Origin: Candidatus Oxydemutatoraceae bacterium | GTDB taxonomy: Bacteria; Pseudomonadota; Gammaproteobacteria; Poriferisulfidales; Oxydemutatoraceae | DNA length: 64,000 bases | Direction: 5' to 3' | NCBI GenBank assembly: GCA_965219575.1 | Contig: OZ244779.1 | Span: 524,769-588,768, forward strand | In this document: positions 1-10,360 of the stretch, piece by piece | Position numbering within the stretch: the stretch's first letter is position 1 | Layout: each line of letters opens with the position of its first letter | Notes under the pieces: model-generated | What the model was told of the DNA's origin: nothing | Seen by the model: only the letters and a program-made list of their open reading frames with translations | The model's database searches: none | Made by a program: the position numbers and the translations under genes

Positions 1-2
1 GC

Positions 3-1058
3 ATGCCGCATGTGTTTGCGATATTTCTAATCGTTGCAGCATCGGGTGCGTTGAATGTAGCGTCGATCGCTTCGGTTTTCGGCAAGGCGGATTACAAACC
101 GTTGGCGCGCTTTTCCGGTCTGCTCGCGGTTGCGTTGCTGAGCGGTGGGCTTGCGGTGTTGGTATTGGACTTGGGTCGCCCCGACCGTCTCATCGTTGCG
201 ATGACCTATTACAATTTCAAATCCATATTTGCATGGAACATATTTCTTTATAGCGGTTTCTTTATAGTCGTTGCTATTTATCTATGGACGATGTCTGAGC
301 GCAAGATGGCACCGTACATCAAATCGGCGGGTGTATTCGCACTGTTATGGCGTTTGACATTGACGACCGGCACCGGGGCTATTTTCGGGTTCTTGGTTGC
401 CCGCCAAGCCTACGACGCTGCAGTAATGGCACCGATGTTTATTATCATGTCGTTCTCTTACGGGCTTGCGGTTTTTATTTTGGTGCTGACGACGGCGTGC
501 TATCTAACGAAGCGTCCGCTCGGCGACTATATCTTGTTTAAGCTCAAAGACTTGCTCGGAATATTCGTTGCGGTCGTGCTGTATTTTGTAATCGCCTATC
601 ATGTGTCTAATCTCTATGTTGCCGAACACGAAGGCATACAATCTTTTATATTGGTCAGTGGCGGTATTTATACCTCATTATTTTGGGGAGGGCAGATAAT
701 CCTCGGCAGTTTGGTGCCGTTGGTGCTCTTTTATAGTCCGCCGACTCGGCAATGCAGGGCTGCCACATCGATCGGTTGTGTTTTGGTACTGCTGGGTGCG
801 ATGGCTCAGTTGTATGTAATCATCATCGGCGGTCAGGCGTATCCGCTGGTGATGTTTCCGGGGATGGTGGAGCAAAGCAGTTTTTATGACGGTGTCGTTG
901 CCGAGTATATTCCGAGTTTGCCCGAAATCGTACTCGGTGTAGGCGGCATTGCGCTGGCGTTGGCAATTTTGGTTTTTGCGCTTGCAGTTCTGGATTTTCT
1001 GCCCGATGATTTATCCGATAAACAGTTTGGTGTAGACACCACGCCGCAACCTAAATAA
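3..1058 (+). CDS. dsrP: NrfD/PsrC-family membrane subunit, DsrP of the DsrMKJOP complex (5' part lies outside the window)
   Basis: Polytopic membrane protein with DLGRPDR motif; PHVFAIFLIVAASGALNVAS and NFKSIFAWN segments resemble DsrP of sulfur-oxidising Gammaproteobacteria. Confidence 0.8.
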   Translation: MPHVFAIFLIVAASGALNVASIASVFGKADYKPLARFSGLLAVALLSGGLAVLVLDLGRPDRLIVAMTYYNFKSIFAWNIFLYSGFFIVVAIYLWTMSERKMAPYIKSAGVFALLWRLTLTTGTGAIFGFLVARQAYDAAVMAPMFIIMSFSYGLAVFILVLTTACYLTKRPLGDYILFKLKDLLGIFVAVVLYFVIAYHVSNLYVAEHEGIQSFILVSGGIYTSLFWGGQIILGSLVPLVLFYSPPTRQCRAATSIGCVLVLLGAMAQLYVIIIGGQAYPLVMFPGMVEQSSFYDGVVAEYIPSLPEIVLGVGGIALALAILVFALAVLDFLPDDLSDKQFGVDTTPQPK

Positions 1059-1071
1059 AGGAGCGTTATTT

Positions 1072-2463
1072 ATGTATCAAACAATGGCCGATGTAATCGG
1101 CTCAATCAACAGTATCGTATGGGGCGCACCGATGCTGATTATTATCGTAGGGGTCGGGTTGTTTCTAACCGTAGGATTATCTTTGCTACCGCTAAGGAAA
1201 ATCGGTCATGGCTTTGTTTTGATGTGGCAGGGACGGACCTCGGAAGGTAAGGGAGATATCAGTGCTTTTCATGCCTTGATGACTTCGCTTTCGGCAACCA
1301 TAGGTACTGGAAATATCGCCGGGGTTGCAACCGCAATCGCAATAGGTGGTCCCGGTGCAGTTTTCTGGATGTGGATTACCGCATTGGTCGGCATGGCAAC
1401 CAAGTACAGCGAGGCTGTCTGTGCGGTGCATTTTAGAGAAACCGACAGTACCGGCAAGCATATAGGCGGTCCTATGTACTATATTAAGAACGGTCTCGGT
1501 TCCCAATGGAAATGGCTGGCCGGAGTTTTCGCTGCGATGGGAGCGATCGCCGCATTCGGCATAGGCAACATGGTACAGTCAAACTCGATCGCCGCCGCAT
1601 TGGATGACCAGGGTGTTTATCCTCTTGCTACCGCAGCCGTATTATTTGTGTTGATATCATTGGCACTAATCGGCGGCATCAGCCGCATTGCGGTTTGGGC
1701 GGGAAAATTGGTGCCGTTTATGACCGTTCTCTATGTGGCAAGTTCCCTAGCCATTTTGATAATCAATTACGACGCAATACCGTCTGCGCTTAATCTGATA
1801 GTGACAACTGCGTTCACCGGCACCGCTGCGACCGGTGGTTTTACGGGTGCGGCGGTTGCTATGGCGATTCAGTTCGGAATTGCAAGGGGTGTGTTTTCCA
1901 ACGAGGCGGGGTTGGGTAGTGCGCCGATCGCGCACGCTGCGGCGAGAACCAAAGGCCCGATCACTCAAGGGCATATCGCGATGTTGGGTACTTTTATAGA
2001 CACCATCATTATATGTTCTATGACGGCACTTGTGATTGTCAGTACCGGCGTATGGTCCAGCGGCGAGACCGGGGTTGACCTAACCGCGATGGCGTTCAAT
2101 GAGGTATTAATGGGCGGAAATTACATTGTTATATTTTCTTTAGTGATATTCGCTTTTACGACGATACTGGGATGGAGTTATTACGGCGAAAAGTGCTGGC
2201 AATATCTATTCGGTGTTAAGGGTGTGCCGATATACAGAGTCGCATGGGTTATAGCGGTTTTCATAGGTCCTTGGGCATTGACTTGGGAAGAAACCGCCCG
2301 CGCCGGTATAGACCTGATTTGGCTGATTGCCGACACGCTGAATGCGGCAATGGCATTGCCTAATTTGATCGCACTAGTGCTGTTGGCACCCATCGTAATA
2401 CGCCTGACCCGCAAATATTACGACAAACAATCCGTAGGAAAGGGCGAGACCGAACTCACATAA
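1072..2463 (+). CDS. Alanine/glycine:cation symporter (AGCS family)
   Basis: GTGNIAGVA, GGPGAVFWMW, GGPMYY and FSNEAGLGSAPIAHA motifs; AAGGAG RBS upstream. Confidence 0.95.
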   Translation: MYQTMADVIGSINSIVWGAPMLIIIVGVGLFLTVGLSLLPLRKIGHGFVLMWQGRTSEGKGDISAFHALMTSLSATIGTGNIAGVATAIAIGGPGAVFWMWITALVGMATKYSEAVCAVHFRETDSTGKHIGGPMYYIKNGLGSQWKWLAGVFAAMGAIAAFGIGNMVQSNSIAAALDDQGVYPLATAAVLFVLISLALIGGISRIAVWAGKLVPFMTVLYVASSLAILIINYDAIPSALNLIVTTAFTGTAATGGFTGAAVAMAIQFGIARGVFSNEAGLGSAPIAHAAARTKGPITQGHIAMLGTFIDTIIICSMTALVIVSTGVWSSGETGVDLTAMAFNEVLMGGNYIVIFSLVIFAFTTILGWSYYGEKCWQYLFGVKGVPIYRVAWVIAVFIGPWALTWEETARAGIDLIWLIADTLNAAMALPNLIALVLLAPIVIRLTRKYYDKQSVGKGETELT

Positions 2464-2468
2464 CCATT

Positions 2469-2755
2469 ATTCCCCTCCTTTGGCGAGGTGATTGTGAAAG
2501 TGGGGCTGTTGAAAAAGTGCAGATATCGCACAAATCCAAACGCTTGCGCCGTTTGGGTTTGGTTTCCATAAATGGGATGGATAAATGTATAAATCATGCA
2601 GATACGACACAACCACCCCGTCAGGCTTCGCCTGCCACCCCTCCGAAGGAGGGGAATGTACCGCTCCTCAGGTTCGTGGATACTTTTTCAACAGTCGCCA
2701 AGGTTCTGCACAATGTCACGCCGATTGACCTACAAGTTCAATCGGCGGTTCTATT
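2469..2755. repeat. Composite REP/MITE-like repeat
   Basis: CTGTTGAAAAA (2506) ... TTTTTCAACAG (2694) inverted ends enclosing the AACCACCCCGTCAGGC..GCCTGCCACCCCTCC..GGAGGGGAAT module, followed by a GCCGATTGA..TCAATCGGC palindrome. Confidence 0.85.
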
Positions 2756-3681
2756 GCGCTTGCGTGATAGGAAGAACGAACCAAAGGTCCGCTCTGCACT
2801 CGCTTGAAACCCATCGCATAGCCGAGTTCCTCCAGCTCCTTGAATTCACTGGGGCTTAAATAGCGTTGCACCGGCCAATACCCGGCACCGGGTTGCAGAT
2901 ATTGTCCTAGGGTGAGGTGGTCTACGCGATGTGCGATCAAATCGTGCATGACGGCTTTTATTTCGGCTATGCGCTCTCCGAGTCCGAGCATCAAGCCCGA
3001 CTTGGTAAAGATATCGGGAAAACGGGTCTTATGTGCGCGCAATAGTTTCAAAGAACCCTCGTAATCGGCTCCGCGGCGCACATTTCTATAGAGGCGCGGC
3101 ACCGTCTCTAGGTTATGGTTAAAGACATCGCAAGGTGCTTTGCTCAATGCCGAGAGCGCATGGTCTACACGCCCTCTGAAATCGGGCACCAGTATTTCTA
3201 TTTTGATATGCCTGACTTTTTGCCTGATCGTAGAGATACAAGAAGCGAAGTGATTGGCACCGCGATCGTCAAGGTCGTCTCTATCCACCGAAGTGATGAC
3301 GACATAGTCTAAACCTAAGTCGGCAATCAGTTGTGCCAAGCGGCGAGGTTCCTCGGGGTCGAGTGGCGAGGGACGACCGTGTGCAACATCGCAAAATGCA
3401 CATCGCCGGGTGCAAATATCGCCTAAGATCATGAATGTTGCCGTGGATTGCGCAAAACATTCAACGAGATTGGGGCACTTTGCTTCCTCGCAAACGGTGT
3501 GTAGTTTTTGCTTTCTTATCAGGGTGCGCATCGCATCGACGCGCGGGTTATCTTGTAGCTTGATACGCAACCAAGACGGCTTTTTTTTGATAGCTTGCGG
3601 CTGGACCGAGGCGATATAACGAGCGGGTATTTTATCAATGCCACGGCGGTGGGTTATCGGTTCAAGGCGCGAACGAATCAT
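2716..3681 (-). CDS. lipA: Lipoyl synthase
   Basis: [12 protein letters not shown] and CTRRCAFC cluster motifs; RSSYHA near the C-terminus. Confidence 0.97.
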   Translation of the reverse strand: MIRSRLEPITHRRGIDKIPARYIASVQPQAIKKKPSWLRIKLQDNPRVDAMRTLIRKQKLHTVCEEAKCPNLVECFAQSTATFMILGDICTRRCAFCDVAHGRPSPLDPEEPRRLAQLIADLGLDYVVITSVDRDDLDDRGANHFASCISTIRQKVRHIKIEILVPDFRGRVDHALSALSKAPCDVFNHNLETVPRLYRNVRRGADYEGSLKLLRAHKTRFPDIFTKSGLMLGLGERIAEIKAVMHDLIAHRVDHLTLGQYLQPGAGYWPVQRYLSPSEFKELEELGYAMGFKRVQSGPLVRSSYHASAIEPPIELVGQSA

Positions 3682-4322
3682 GGTTTTGATAGTTCACGAT
3701 TTAACTCTTGTGCCAAGATGTCGGCTAATTGATAGCAGACATCCGAGACATTTGCCCGAATGCCGTAATCGGACATTTGGGTCATTTTGATTCCGGCAAG
3801 CCCACACGGAACGATCGAATCAAACGGCATTAAATCCATATCTACATTGAGTGCGATCCCGTGATAACAACATCCTTTATAGACGCATAATCCCAGCGAG
3901 GCAATTTTTGCTTTTGATACATACAGTCCCGGCGCACCGTGAATACGCTCTGCTACTATGCCGTAGCGTGCGAGCAGAATAATAACCGATTCTTCCAGTA
4001 AGTCGATATAGGTTCTTAATGCGATGCGCAGGCGTCTTAAATCGAGCAGAGTATACAAGATTGCCTGACCGGGTCCGTGATAACTCGTCAACCCACCTCG
4101 ATCGCTACACACCACGGGGATAGAACGATTACTCTTTATCGGATCAGATTTTGTTTGTCGGCGGCCTTGGGTGTAGACGGGTTCGTGCTCCAATAACCAG
4201 AATTGATCGCGGCTTTGCGCATTGCGGTTGTGTGTATACCGATGCATCTCACGGTAAATCGCGTTATATTCACATCGCCCTCGGTAGAGGTAATCGAAGT
4301 TTGGAGGATTAATAGTCATCAT
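3678..4322 (-). CDS. lipB: Octanoyltransferase
   Basis: [35 protein letters not shown] and IVPCG motifs; overlaps lipA. Confidence 0.96.
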   Translation of the reverse strand: MMTINPPNFDYLYRGRCEYNAIYREMHRYTHNRNAQSRDQFWLLEHEPVYTQGRRQTKSDPIKSNRSIPVVCSDRGGLTSYHGPGQAILYTLLDLRRLRIALRTYIDLLEESVIILLARYGIVAERIHGAPGLYVSKAKIASLGLCVYKGCCYHGIALNVDMDLMPFDSIVPCGLAGIKMTQMSDYGIRANVSDVCYQLADILAQELNRELSKP

Positions 4323-4364
4323 TACATATTAAACTATTAGCCGGGTTTTGCCACATAATGTTTA

Positions 4365-4520
4365 CCGACCACCTCGTTAGGTTATGCCCGCCCTTGATGT
4401 GGAGAAGGGAAAATACCGTTTTGCACGAACAGTGGGGCTGTTGAAAAAGTATTTCATAAAGTTGTAGGGGCGGACTAAAATTAAATTGCCGATTGACCTA
4501 CCGGCTCAATCGGCAGTTCC
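4365..4520. repeat. Partial composite REP/MITE-like repeat
   Basis: GGGGCTGTTGAAAAAG, GTAGGGGCGGAC and GCCGATTGACCTACCGGCTCAATCGGC modules. Confidence 0.75.
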
Positions 4521-4583
4521 ATAAGTTGATTTTCTTGTCTATCATTGTATATAATTTCCCCAATTATATAATCATCTAAAAGC

Positions 4584-5516
4584 ATGGATTCAAAACGGGC
4601 ACAAGGCAGGTTTTATACATTGGGCAATCCTTTTGTATTAAAGCCTTTCAAACAATGGGCGGAACTAGCGAACATATCTCAAACTCGTATATTAGAACCG
4701 TTTGCCGGTGCCAATCACATCGTAGATGCGCTGATTGATTTAGGGTTGTGCAGAGAATTTATCTCCTACGACATCAAGCCTAACCACAAGGAAGTCAAAG
4801 AGAGAAACACGATAGCCGATTTTCCTGAAGGGTACGATGTCTGTATCACTAATCCGCCATGGCTGGCGCGGAACTCGGCAACCCGCAGAGGCTTGCCTTA
4901 TCCCCAAACAAAACACGACGACCTCTATAAACACTGCTTGGAATTATGTCTAAACAACTGCAAAAGTGTAGCCGTGCTGATCCCTGCCAGCTATTTGCAG
5001 AGCGGACTGTTTAGGGAACGACTCGGTAGCTATATCCTTTTACACGACACGATTTTCAGTGACACCGAAAACCCCGTATGTCTTGCATTATTTAATGCCG
5101 AGGCAAGCGACGATATCTCAATCCATTACGGCGATAAACCTATAGGGATGCTGAATGCACTCGAAGAGCAATTACCCGAACCCAAACGGGATCGGCGGGT
5201 GCGTTTCAACGATCCGAACGGCAAATTAGGATTTATATCTTTTGACAATGCCAAAGAACCCAGCATCAGGTTTTGCGATGCCGAAGATATAAAAGACTAT
5301 CGGATTAAACATTCGTCCAGATTTATCACGCGCATAAGCGGAGACTTCGGAGACTTATCGGTATTGATTAAAAAATTAAACGATGCGATAGAATCATTCA
5401 GACACAATACGGAGGATATTTTTCTTACCCCCTTTAAGGGCATACGAGAAGACGGACGCTATCGTCGTAGAATGGATTTCAACTTAGCGCGAAGATTTAT
5501 CAACAGCACTTGTTGA
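4584..5516 (+). CDS. Amino (N6A/N4C) DNA methyltransferase, gamma-type motif order, no adjacent restriction gene
   Basis: GRFYT, ILEPFAG (SAM-binding motif I) precede TNPPW (motif IV) and DLY. Confidence 0.8.
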   Translation: MDSKRAQGRFYTLGNPFVLKPFKQWAELANISQTRILEPFAGANHIVDALIDLGLCREFISYDIKPNHKEVKERNTIADFPEGYDVCITNPPWLARNSATRRGLPYPQTKHDDLYKHCLELCLNNCKSVAVLIPASYLQSGLFRERLGSYILLHDTIFSDTENPVCLALFNAEASDDISIHYGDKPIGMLNALEEQLPEPKRDRRVRFNDPNGKLGFISFDNAKEPSIRFCDAEDIKDYRIKHSSRFITRISGDFGDLSVLIKKLNDAIESFRHNTEDIFLTPFKGIREDGRYRRRMDFNLARRFINSTC

Positions 5517-5518
5517 AA

Positions 5519-6352
5519 TCAAAAAGATACCTTTATGCTGCGATGTTGCGAGCAAGGAAAACTCTGTCGCAGTTTCGCTTGTTGCTTGCAATCCGTCTCG
5601 GCGATTACCACTTGTTCGGTATCTTCTTTGGCATCGGCTACTACATATCCCCACGGTTCTACAATCGCGCTATGTCCATAAGTACTGCGGTCATTCGCAT
5701 GCCGGCCTACTTGATTCGCACCGATAACCCAGACTTGGTTCTCCACCGCTCGGGCGCGTAGCAACAACTGCCAATGCGCTTTGCCGGTATGCTGGGTGAA
5801 CGCAGAAGGAAACGCAATAATCTCGGCACCTTTAGAAAGCAGTAGCCTGAACAACTCGGGAAACCTCAAATCGTAGCAAACCGCAAGTCCGATACAACCC
5901 AGCGGTGTCTGCACAACAACCGCCTCGGTTCCCGGCTTGAAAACAGACGATTCCCTATAGCTTTCGCCTCTTTCGGGTAGGTCTACATCGAACAGATGTA
6001 TCTTTTTGTAGGATGCCACGCATTCGCCTTTGTCGTCATAAAGCAGGCACGTCCCATGAACACGTGCCTCTCCTCTTATCAGCGTAGGTACCGTGCCACC
6101 TGCTAAATAGACTTGATGCTGTGCCGCTTGGTGAGAGAGAAAATCCTGTATCTTGCCCTGTCCCTCTTCCTCGGCAATGTTCAACTGTGCCTTTAAGGAC
6201 TCACCCATAAAAGCGAAAGTCTCGGGTAGTACGATCAACCGTGCGCCTCGATCAGCCGCCTGTTTGATTAAGTCTGCACAGCGTTTTAAGTTGTCCGCCA
6301 AGTCCGAACTGCTGTTCATTTGCAGTGCGGCGCATTTGAATTTTTCCACCAT
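5519..6352 (-). CDS. Carbon-nitrogen hydrolase (Nit1/deaminated glutathione amidase-like)
   Basis: LPE, YKKIHLFDV and VCYDLRFPE triad motifs; RARAVENQ. Confidence 0.93.
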   Translation of the reverse strand: MVEKFKCAALQMNSSSDLADNLKRCADLIKQAADRGARLIVLPETFAFMGESLKAQLNIAEEEGQGKIQDFLSHQAAQHQVYLAGGTVPTLIRGEARVHGTCLLYDDKGECVASYKKIHLFDVDLPERGESYRESSVFKPGTEAVVVQTPLGCIGLAVCYDLRFPELFRLLLSKGAEIIAFPSAFTQHTGKAHWQLLLRARAVENQVWVIGANQVGRHANDRSTYGHSAIVEPWGYVVADAKEDTEQVVIAETDCKQQAKLRQSFPCSQHRSIKVSF

Positions 6353-6555
6353 TTTTATCCTGAATAATTAATAAGAGCGATATATGATAGCCTGATTTTT
6401 GTGATATCTTTATTTTGGGAGTTATATAGGTAAATGGTATTTGATTGTTCTATGGGTTTGCATTGATATAATTTAACATTTCTTTGTCAAGTTAACTATA
6501 TAATTCCCTTTATTTTTATGGTAAATTATCATTAAAAACACATAAGGAGGGAAAC

Positions 6556-8046
6556 ATGCTTAAATCTAAAATTTTATCGTTTACCGTTATATCATTTGTC
6601 ATGATATATTTTTCGGCTTATAGCAACCAGGGCTATGCTCAACCGAATGATCCATTACCGCTATACGCAACATCGAAACCCACGCATGGTGGTGGACGAG
6701 GCATGGAACTCGGAGAGGGTAATTTTATACTCAGGGGTTCTCTGGAGGCGCAAATGGATTTTTTTCAAGGACACGACAACCGGCCGTTTATTGCCGGCGA
6801 AGATGCAACCAGCGTATTTAGTCGTCCGACACCCGGCACCGACACCGAACGTTTTCATATTCCCAGAGGGCGATTATCTCTGGACTGGTCTATCACTGAG
6901 AATACGAAACTGAGTCTAGGGTGGGGAAGTGATTTAGCGCGTCGTAAGAACCGCTACGGTCAGCGGCTTGAATATGTCGATAGACTTTTTATAGAGTCCG
7001 AATTTCAATACGGAACTTTAAGATTAGGATACGACAAAGCACCTTTCGGGCTGGAAAAAATTGCCGCCTTAGATACACAACCGGTGGTCGAGCGGTCTAT
7101 TGCAACCTATTATTTCAACGGCTATACTCACTGGGATAATGGCATCGGACGGCCGACAGGTTATGTTTGTAATCCCCTCGGTATAGGCACTCGCAGACAC
7201 GGAATTTATTGGTACGGCGACGGCCCGAAATACAATACGGGTTCGTTTTCCTATCACCTCGCTTACACGCGCGATCCGTATAACCCTTTCTTTAGCTACC
7301 GTAGTGCATACAGCAGACCACAAGGTCCTAACATATTCGGCGGCATTAGCTACAGCACCGATACCCGACAGGATCAATGGTGGCGACTCGGCATTAATAT
7401 GTCTTATCTGCGTTACGGCCTCGCCTATTTCCCGATACAAGGAAGAAACTACGAGCCACTGCATGCGTTCAATCCATACTTTATCTACAACACCGAAACT
7501 TCCACTTGGAGCGCAGAACTGTTTGCAAGTCACGCCAGACACGGAGAGATACAAGTGGGTAATTTTATAGATAGACCTCGGGCTGCAGAACGCACTGCGC
7601 GTACCGATTCATCACAGGCACTGGGGGCTAATCTAAGCTGGACACGCAGGCTGCCACAAGATTGGAGTATTAGCTCGAGGCTCTCGTATCTCGATACCGA
7701 CGGCGCAGGAGGCACGAGTGCTTTTATACGCGACATCGTCGCCGGCGACCGCACACCTATATTTACGGGTAACTTTGAGCGAGCCGCCTCTTTTTATATA
7801 GGTTCCAAAAAGCGCATCAACGACCACATGGAGTTCTTGGCAGGCTACGAGTACATCACACTAATGGACGATTTAGATTTCAACTTTTTCACCCAAACCG
7901 AACATCGTGGCGGTGGCAACCCTCTGAACGATATCGGCTTAGACCCGAGCGGCAATGTCATCGAACCGTCCAGAGCCTTTGCACTCAGAGGGGATGCCGA
8001 GCGAGATATACATGTGTGGCGTTTCAAGCTACGGTTTTTATTTTAA
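6556..8046 (+). CDS. Outer-membrane porin, OprO/OprP-like
   Basis: Signal peptide, G.DKAPFGLE...ERS motif, amphipathic beta pattern, C-terminal Phe; AGGAGG RBS. Confidence 0.7.
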   Translation: MLKSKILSFTVISFVMIYFSAYSNQGYAQPNDPLPLYATSKPTHGGGRGMELGEGNFILRGSLEAQMDFFQGHDNRPFIAGEDATSVFSRPTPGTDTERFHIPRGRLSLDWSITENTKLSLGWGSDLARRKNRYGQRLEYVDRLFIESEFQYGTLRLGYDKAPFGLEKIAALDTQPVVERSIATYYFNGYTHWDNGIGRPTGYVCNPLGIGTRRHGIYWYGDGPKYNTGSFSYHLAYTRDPYNPFFSYRSAYSRPQGPNIFGGISYSTDTRQDQWWRLGINMSYLRYGLAYFPIQGRNYEPLHAFNPYFIYNTETSTWSAELFASHARHGEIQVGNFIDRPRAAERTARTDSSQALGANLSWTRRLPQDWSISSRLSYLDTDGAGGTSAFIRDIVAGDRTPIFTGNFERAASFYIGSKKRINDHMEFLAGYEYITLMDDLDFNFFTQTEHRGGGNPLNDIGLDPSGNVIEPSRAFALRGDAERDIHVWRFKLRFLF

Positions 8047-8134
8047 GCGACACCGGTTCTCGGGTTTTTAAGCAAACTAATCGCTATTTGATATTAAAAT
8101 AGCTTATACTTTACACTTTCCCACAAAGCTAAAC

Positions 8135-9328
8135 ATGGAATCTATGCAAATTACATCGGAACGAAGTTCAAAAATTAGTCCCTCTAAAACCCTCAGCATT
8201 TCTGCGCTTTCCAATAAATTGCGGGCGCAAGGGAAAGACATCGCCAACCTTGCCGTAGGTCAACCCGACTTTCCTACCCCCGAACATATCAAACAAGCTG
8301 CATGCGAAGCGATTGCGCAAAATAAGACCGGCTATACCGCCGTCGACGGCGTTAGCGAACTCAAAGAGGCTATCGTAAATAAAACGAAACGCGACAACAG
8401 ACTGGATTATGAAAGCAACCAAATTATCGTTTCGTGCGGAGCCAAACATAGCCTCTACAACCTATGTCAAGCCACTCTGAACGAAGGCGACGAAGTTATC
8501 ATGCCTGCCCCCTTCTGGATTAGCTACCCCGACATCATCAAGCTCGCAGACGGCGTGCCGGTTAGTGTGGCAACCACTATGGAACGAGGCTTCAAAATCA
8601 CCGCCGAGCAATTAGAACAACACATCAACGAGCGCACGCGGATGCTAATCTTAAACAGTCCGAATAACCCCTCGGGCAGTGTCTACGATGCAGATGAATT
8701 GAGCGCACTTGCCGAGGTATTGGTCAAACACCCGCAGGTTGTTATTTGTAGCGACGATATCTACGAACATTTTGTATTTGACAATCATACTTTCTCCAAC
8801 ATTCTAAATGTATGTCCCGAACTCTATTCTCGATGCGCCATTGTCAACGGTGTCTCCAAAGCCTATTCCATGACCGGTTGGCGAATCGGATGGACTGCCG
8901 GCCCTTCCGAATTGATTGCCGCAATGAAAAAAATACAATCGCAGAGCACCTCCAACCCCTGTTCTATTTCGCAAGCGGCATCGCAAGCGGCACTGGAGGG
9001 ACCTCTGGACGATGTCTATACGATGCGAGATGCCTTTGCCGAAAGACGCGACTACCTAATCTCCGAATTGAACAATATAGACGGGGTTACGGCACCTACA
9101 CCAACGGGTAGTTTCTATGCCTTTGCCGATTTCTCCGAAGCCATCGCCCGCCACCCCGATGTCTCCAGCGACCTGGAACTTGCCGAGCAACTACTCAACC
9201 AAAGCTATGTCAGCACCGTACCGGGCATCGCCTTCGGCATAGAAAACCAATTAAGACTTTCTCTCGCAGTGAGCCTCGAAGAACTACAAAAAGCCGTTGA
9301 CAGAATCGGAAAATTTATAACCGGATAA
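8135..9328 (+). CDS. Class I PLP-dependent (aspartate) aminotransferase
   Basis: GQPDF, NSPNNPSG, DDIY and SKAYSMTGWRIG motifs. Confidence 0.95.
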   Translation: MESMQITSERSSKISPSKTLSISALSNKLRAQGKDIANLAVGQPDFPTPEHIKQAACEAIAQNKTGYTAVDGVSELKEAIVNKTKRDNRLDYESNQIIVSCGAKHSLYNLCQATLNEGDEVIMPAPFWISYPDIIKLADGVPVSVATTMERGFKITAEQLEQHINERTRMLILNSPNNPSGSVYDADELSALAEVLVKHPQVVICSDDIYEHFVFDNHTFSNILNVCPELYSRCAIVNGVSKAYSMTGWRIGWTAGPSELIAAMKKIQSQSTSNPCSISQAASQAALEGPLDDVYTMRDAFAERRDYLISELNNIDGVTAPTPTGSFYAFADFSEAIARHPDVSSDLELAEQLLNQSYVSTVPGIAFGIENQLRLSLAVSLEELQKAVDRIGKFITG

Positions 9329-9339
9329 TATCCATTCCT

Positions 9340-9606
9340 ATGGAAAAAGCGGTCTTAAACCAACCACAGTTTCCATTGCCAAGAGAAACTAACAGTCTAG
9401 CCGAGCTAGTAATGCTAATAATACTAGGAGGCTTCGCCGTGCTAGCAACGCTATTCGGTTCATCGTTAGAGCATCCAATTCTTTCGGCTATCATTACCGG
9501 ACTTGGTTTGCTCGGTTTATTAGCTTCCGTCATATACATCATATTAAAATCAATAAACGCTTTCATAGACCTTAGAGACCGTTTAAGAAATAAAAGCAAA
9601 GAATAA
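9340..9606 (+). CDS. Small two-TM hypothetical protein
   Basis: Two hydrophobic helices and a basic tail; directly follows the aminotransferase. Confidence 0.6.
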   Translation: MEKAVLNQPQFPLPRETNSLAELVMLIILGGFAVLATLFGSSLEHPILSAIITGLGLLGLLASVIYIILKSINAFIDLRDRLRNKSKE

Positions 9607-9646
9607 AAAGATAATCGAGGCATGTTAGAATACCCACATCCGGCAT

Positions 9647-9722
9647 TCCTCGGTAGCTCAGTTGGTAGAGCGGGTGGCTGTTAACCACTAGGTCGGCGGT
9701 TCGAGCCCGTCCCGAGGAGCCA
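9647..9722 (+). tRNA. tRNA-Asn(GTT)
   Basis: TCCTCGG/CCGAGGA acceptor stem, anticodon loop CTGTTAA, GGTTCGAG T-loop, CCA end. Confidence 0.97.
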
Positions 9723-9752
9723 CTCTCCCCGACGATTTCAGAGGAACAGACT

Positions 9753-9857
9753 ATTCCCCTCCTGTGGAGGGGTGGCAGGCGCAGCCTGACGGGGTGGTCG
9801 CTGGGGTCTTGCACAATGTCACGCCGATTGACCTACCGGCTCAATCGACGGTTCTGT
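9753..9857. repeat. REP-like repeat between convergent tRNAs
   Basis: ATTCCCCTCCTGTGGAGGGGTGGCAGGCGCAGCCTGACGGGGTGGT plus the GCCGATTGA palindrome. Confidence 0.85.
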
Positions 9858-9884
9858 GCTTAACGACAATAAATGGTATCGACA

Positions 9885-9961
9885 TGGGGTGGACGATGGG
9901 GATTGAACCCACGACCTCAGGAGCCACAATCCTGCGCTCTACCGACTGAGCTACGCCCACC
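9885..9961 (-). tRNA. tRNA-His(GTG)
   Basis: Reverse complement folds as a cloverleaf; anticodon loop TTGTGGC, G-1, CCA end. Confidence 0.96.
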
Positions 9962-10030
9962 ATGTCTAAAGCCATTATAATTTGCGTCATCGTAGTTGCT
10001 CGCATCAACATAAACGACGGCAATTCTCTA

Positions 10031-10107
10031 TGGCGCGCCTGGCAGGACTCGAACCTGCTACCCTCGGCTTAGAAGGCCGATGCTCTATCCAAATGAGCTA
10101 CAGGCGC
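10031..10107 (-). tRNA. tRNA-Arg(TCT)
   Basis: Cloverleaf; anticodon loop CTTCTAA; CCA end. Confidence 0.96.
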
Positions 10108-10136
10108 ACATACAGATTTCAATCATTATATATAAA

Positions 10137-10213
10137 TGGTCGGGGTAAGAGGATTCGAACCTCTGACTTCCTGCTCCCAAAGCAGGCGCGCTACCAGACT
10201 GCGCTATACCCCG
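10137..10213 (-). tRNA. tRNA-Pro(TGG)
   Basis: CGGGGTA acceptor start; anticodon loop TTTGGGA; CCA end; TATAAT just upstream on the minus strand. Confidence 0.96.
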
Positions 10214-10360
10214 AGCACTCGGGTATTATATCGCGTTGACACGAATATAGGGTATGAAGTATGGCGGTTGGATTTGCATACTTGTTATGTAAGCCTTATA
10301 CTTAAAAATCAATAACTTGCCGAATTTTCAATGTAAACCAAGCGGACTAAAACGATAACA

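Noticed and set aside
9647-10213. tRNA cluster as the ICE attachment site
   Set aside because: The island lies on the 5' side of tRNA-Pro, I found no duplicated tRNA 3' end at the other boundary, and there is no integrase.
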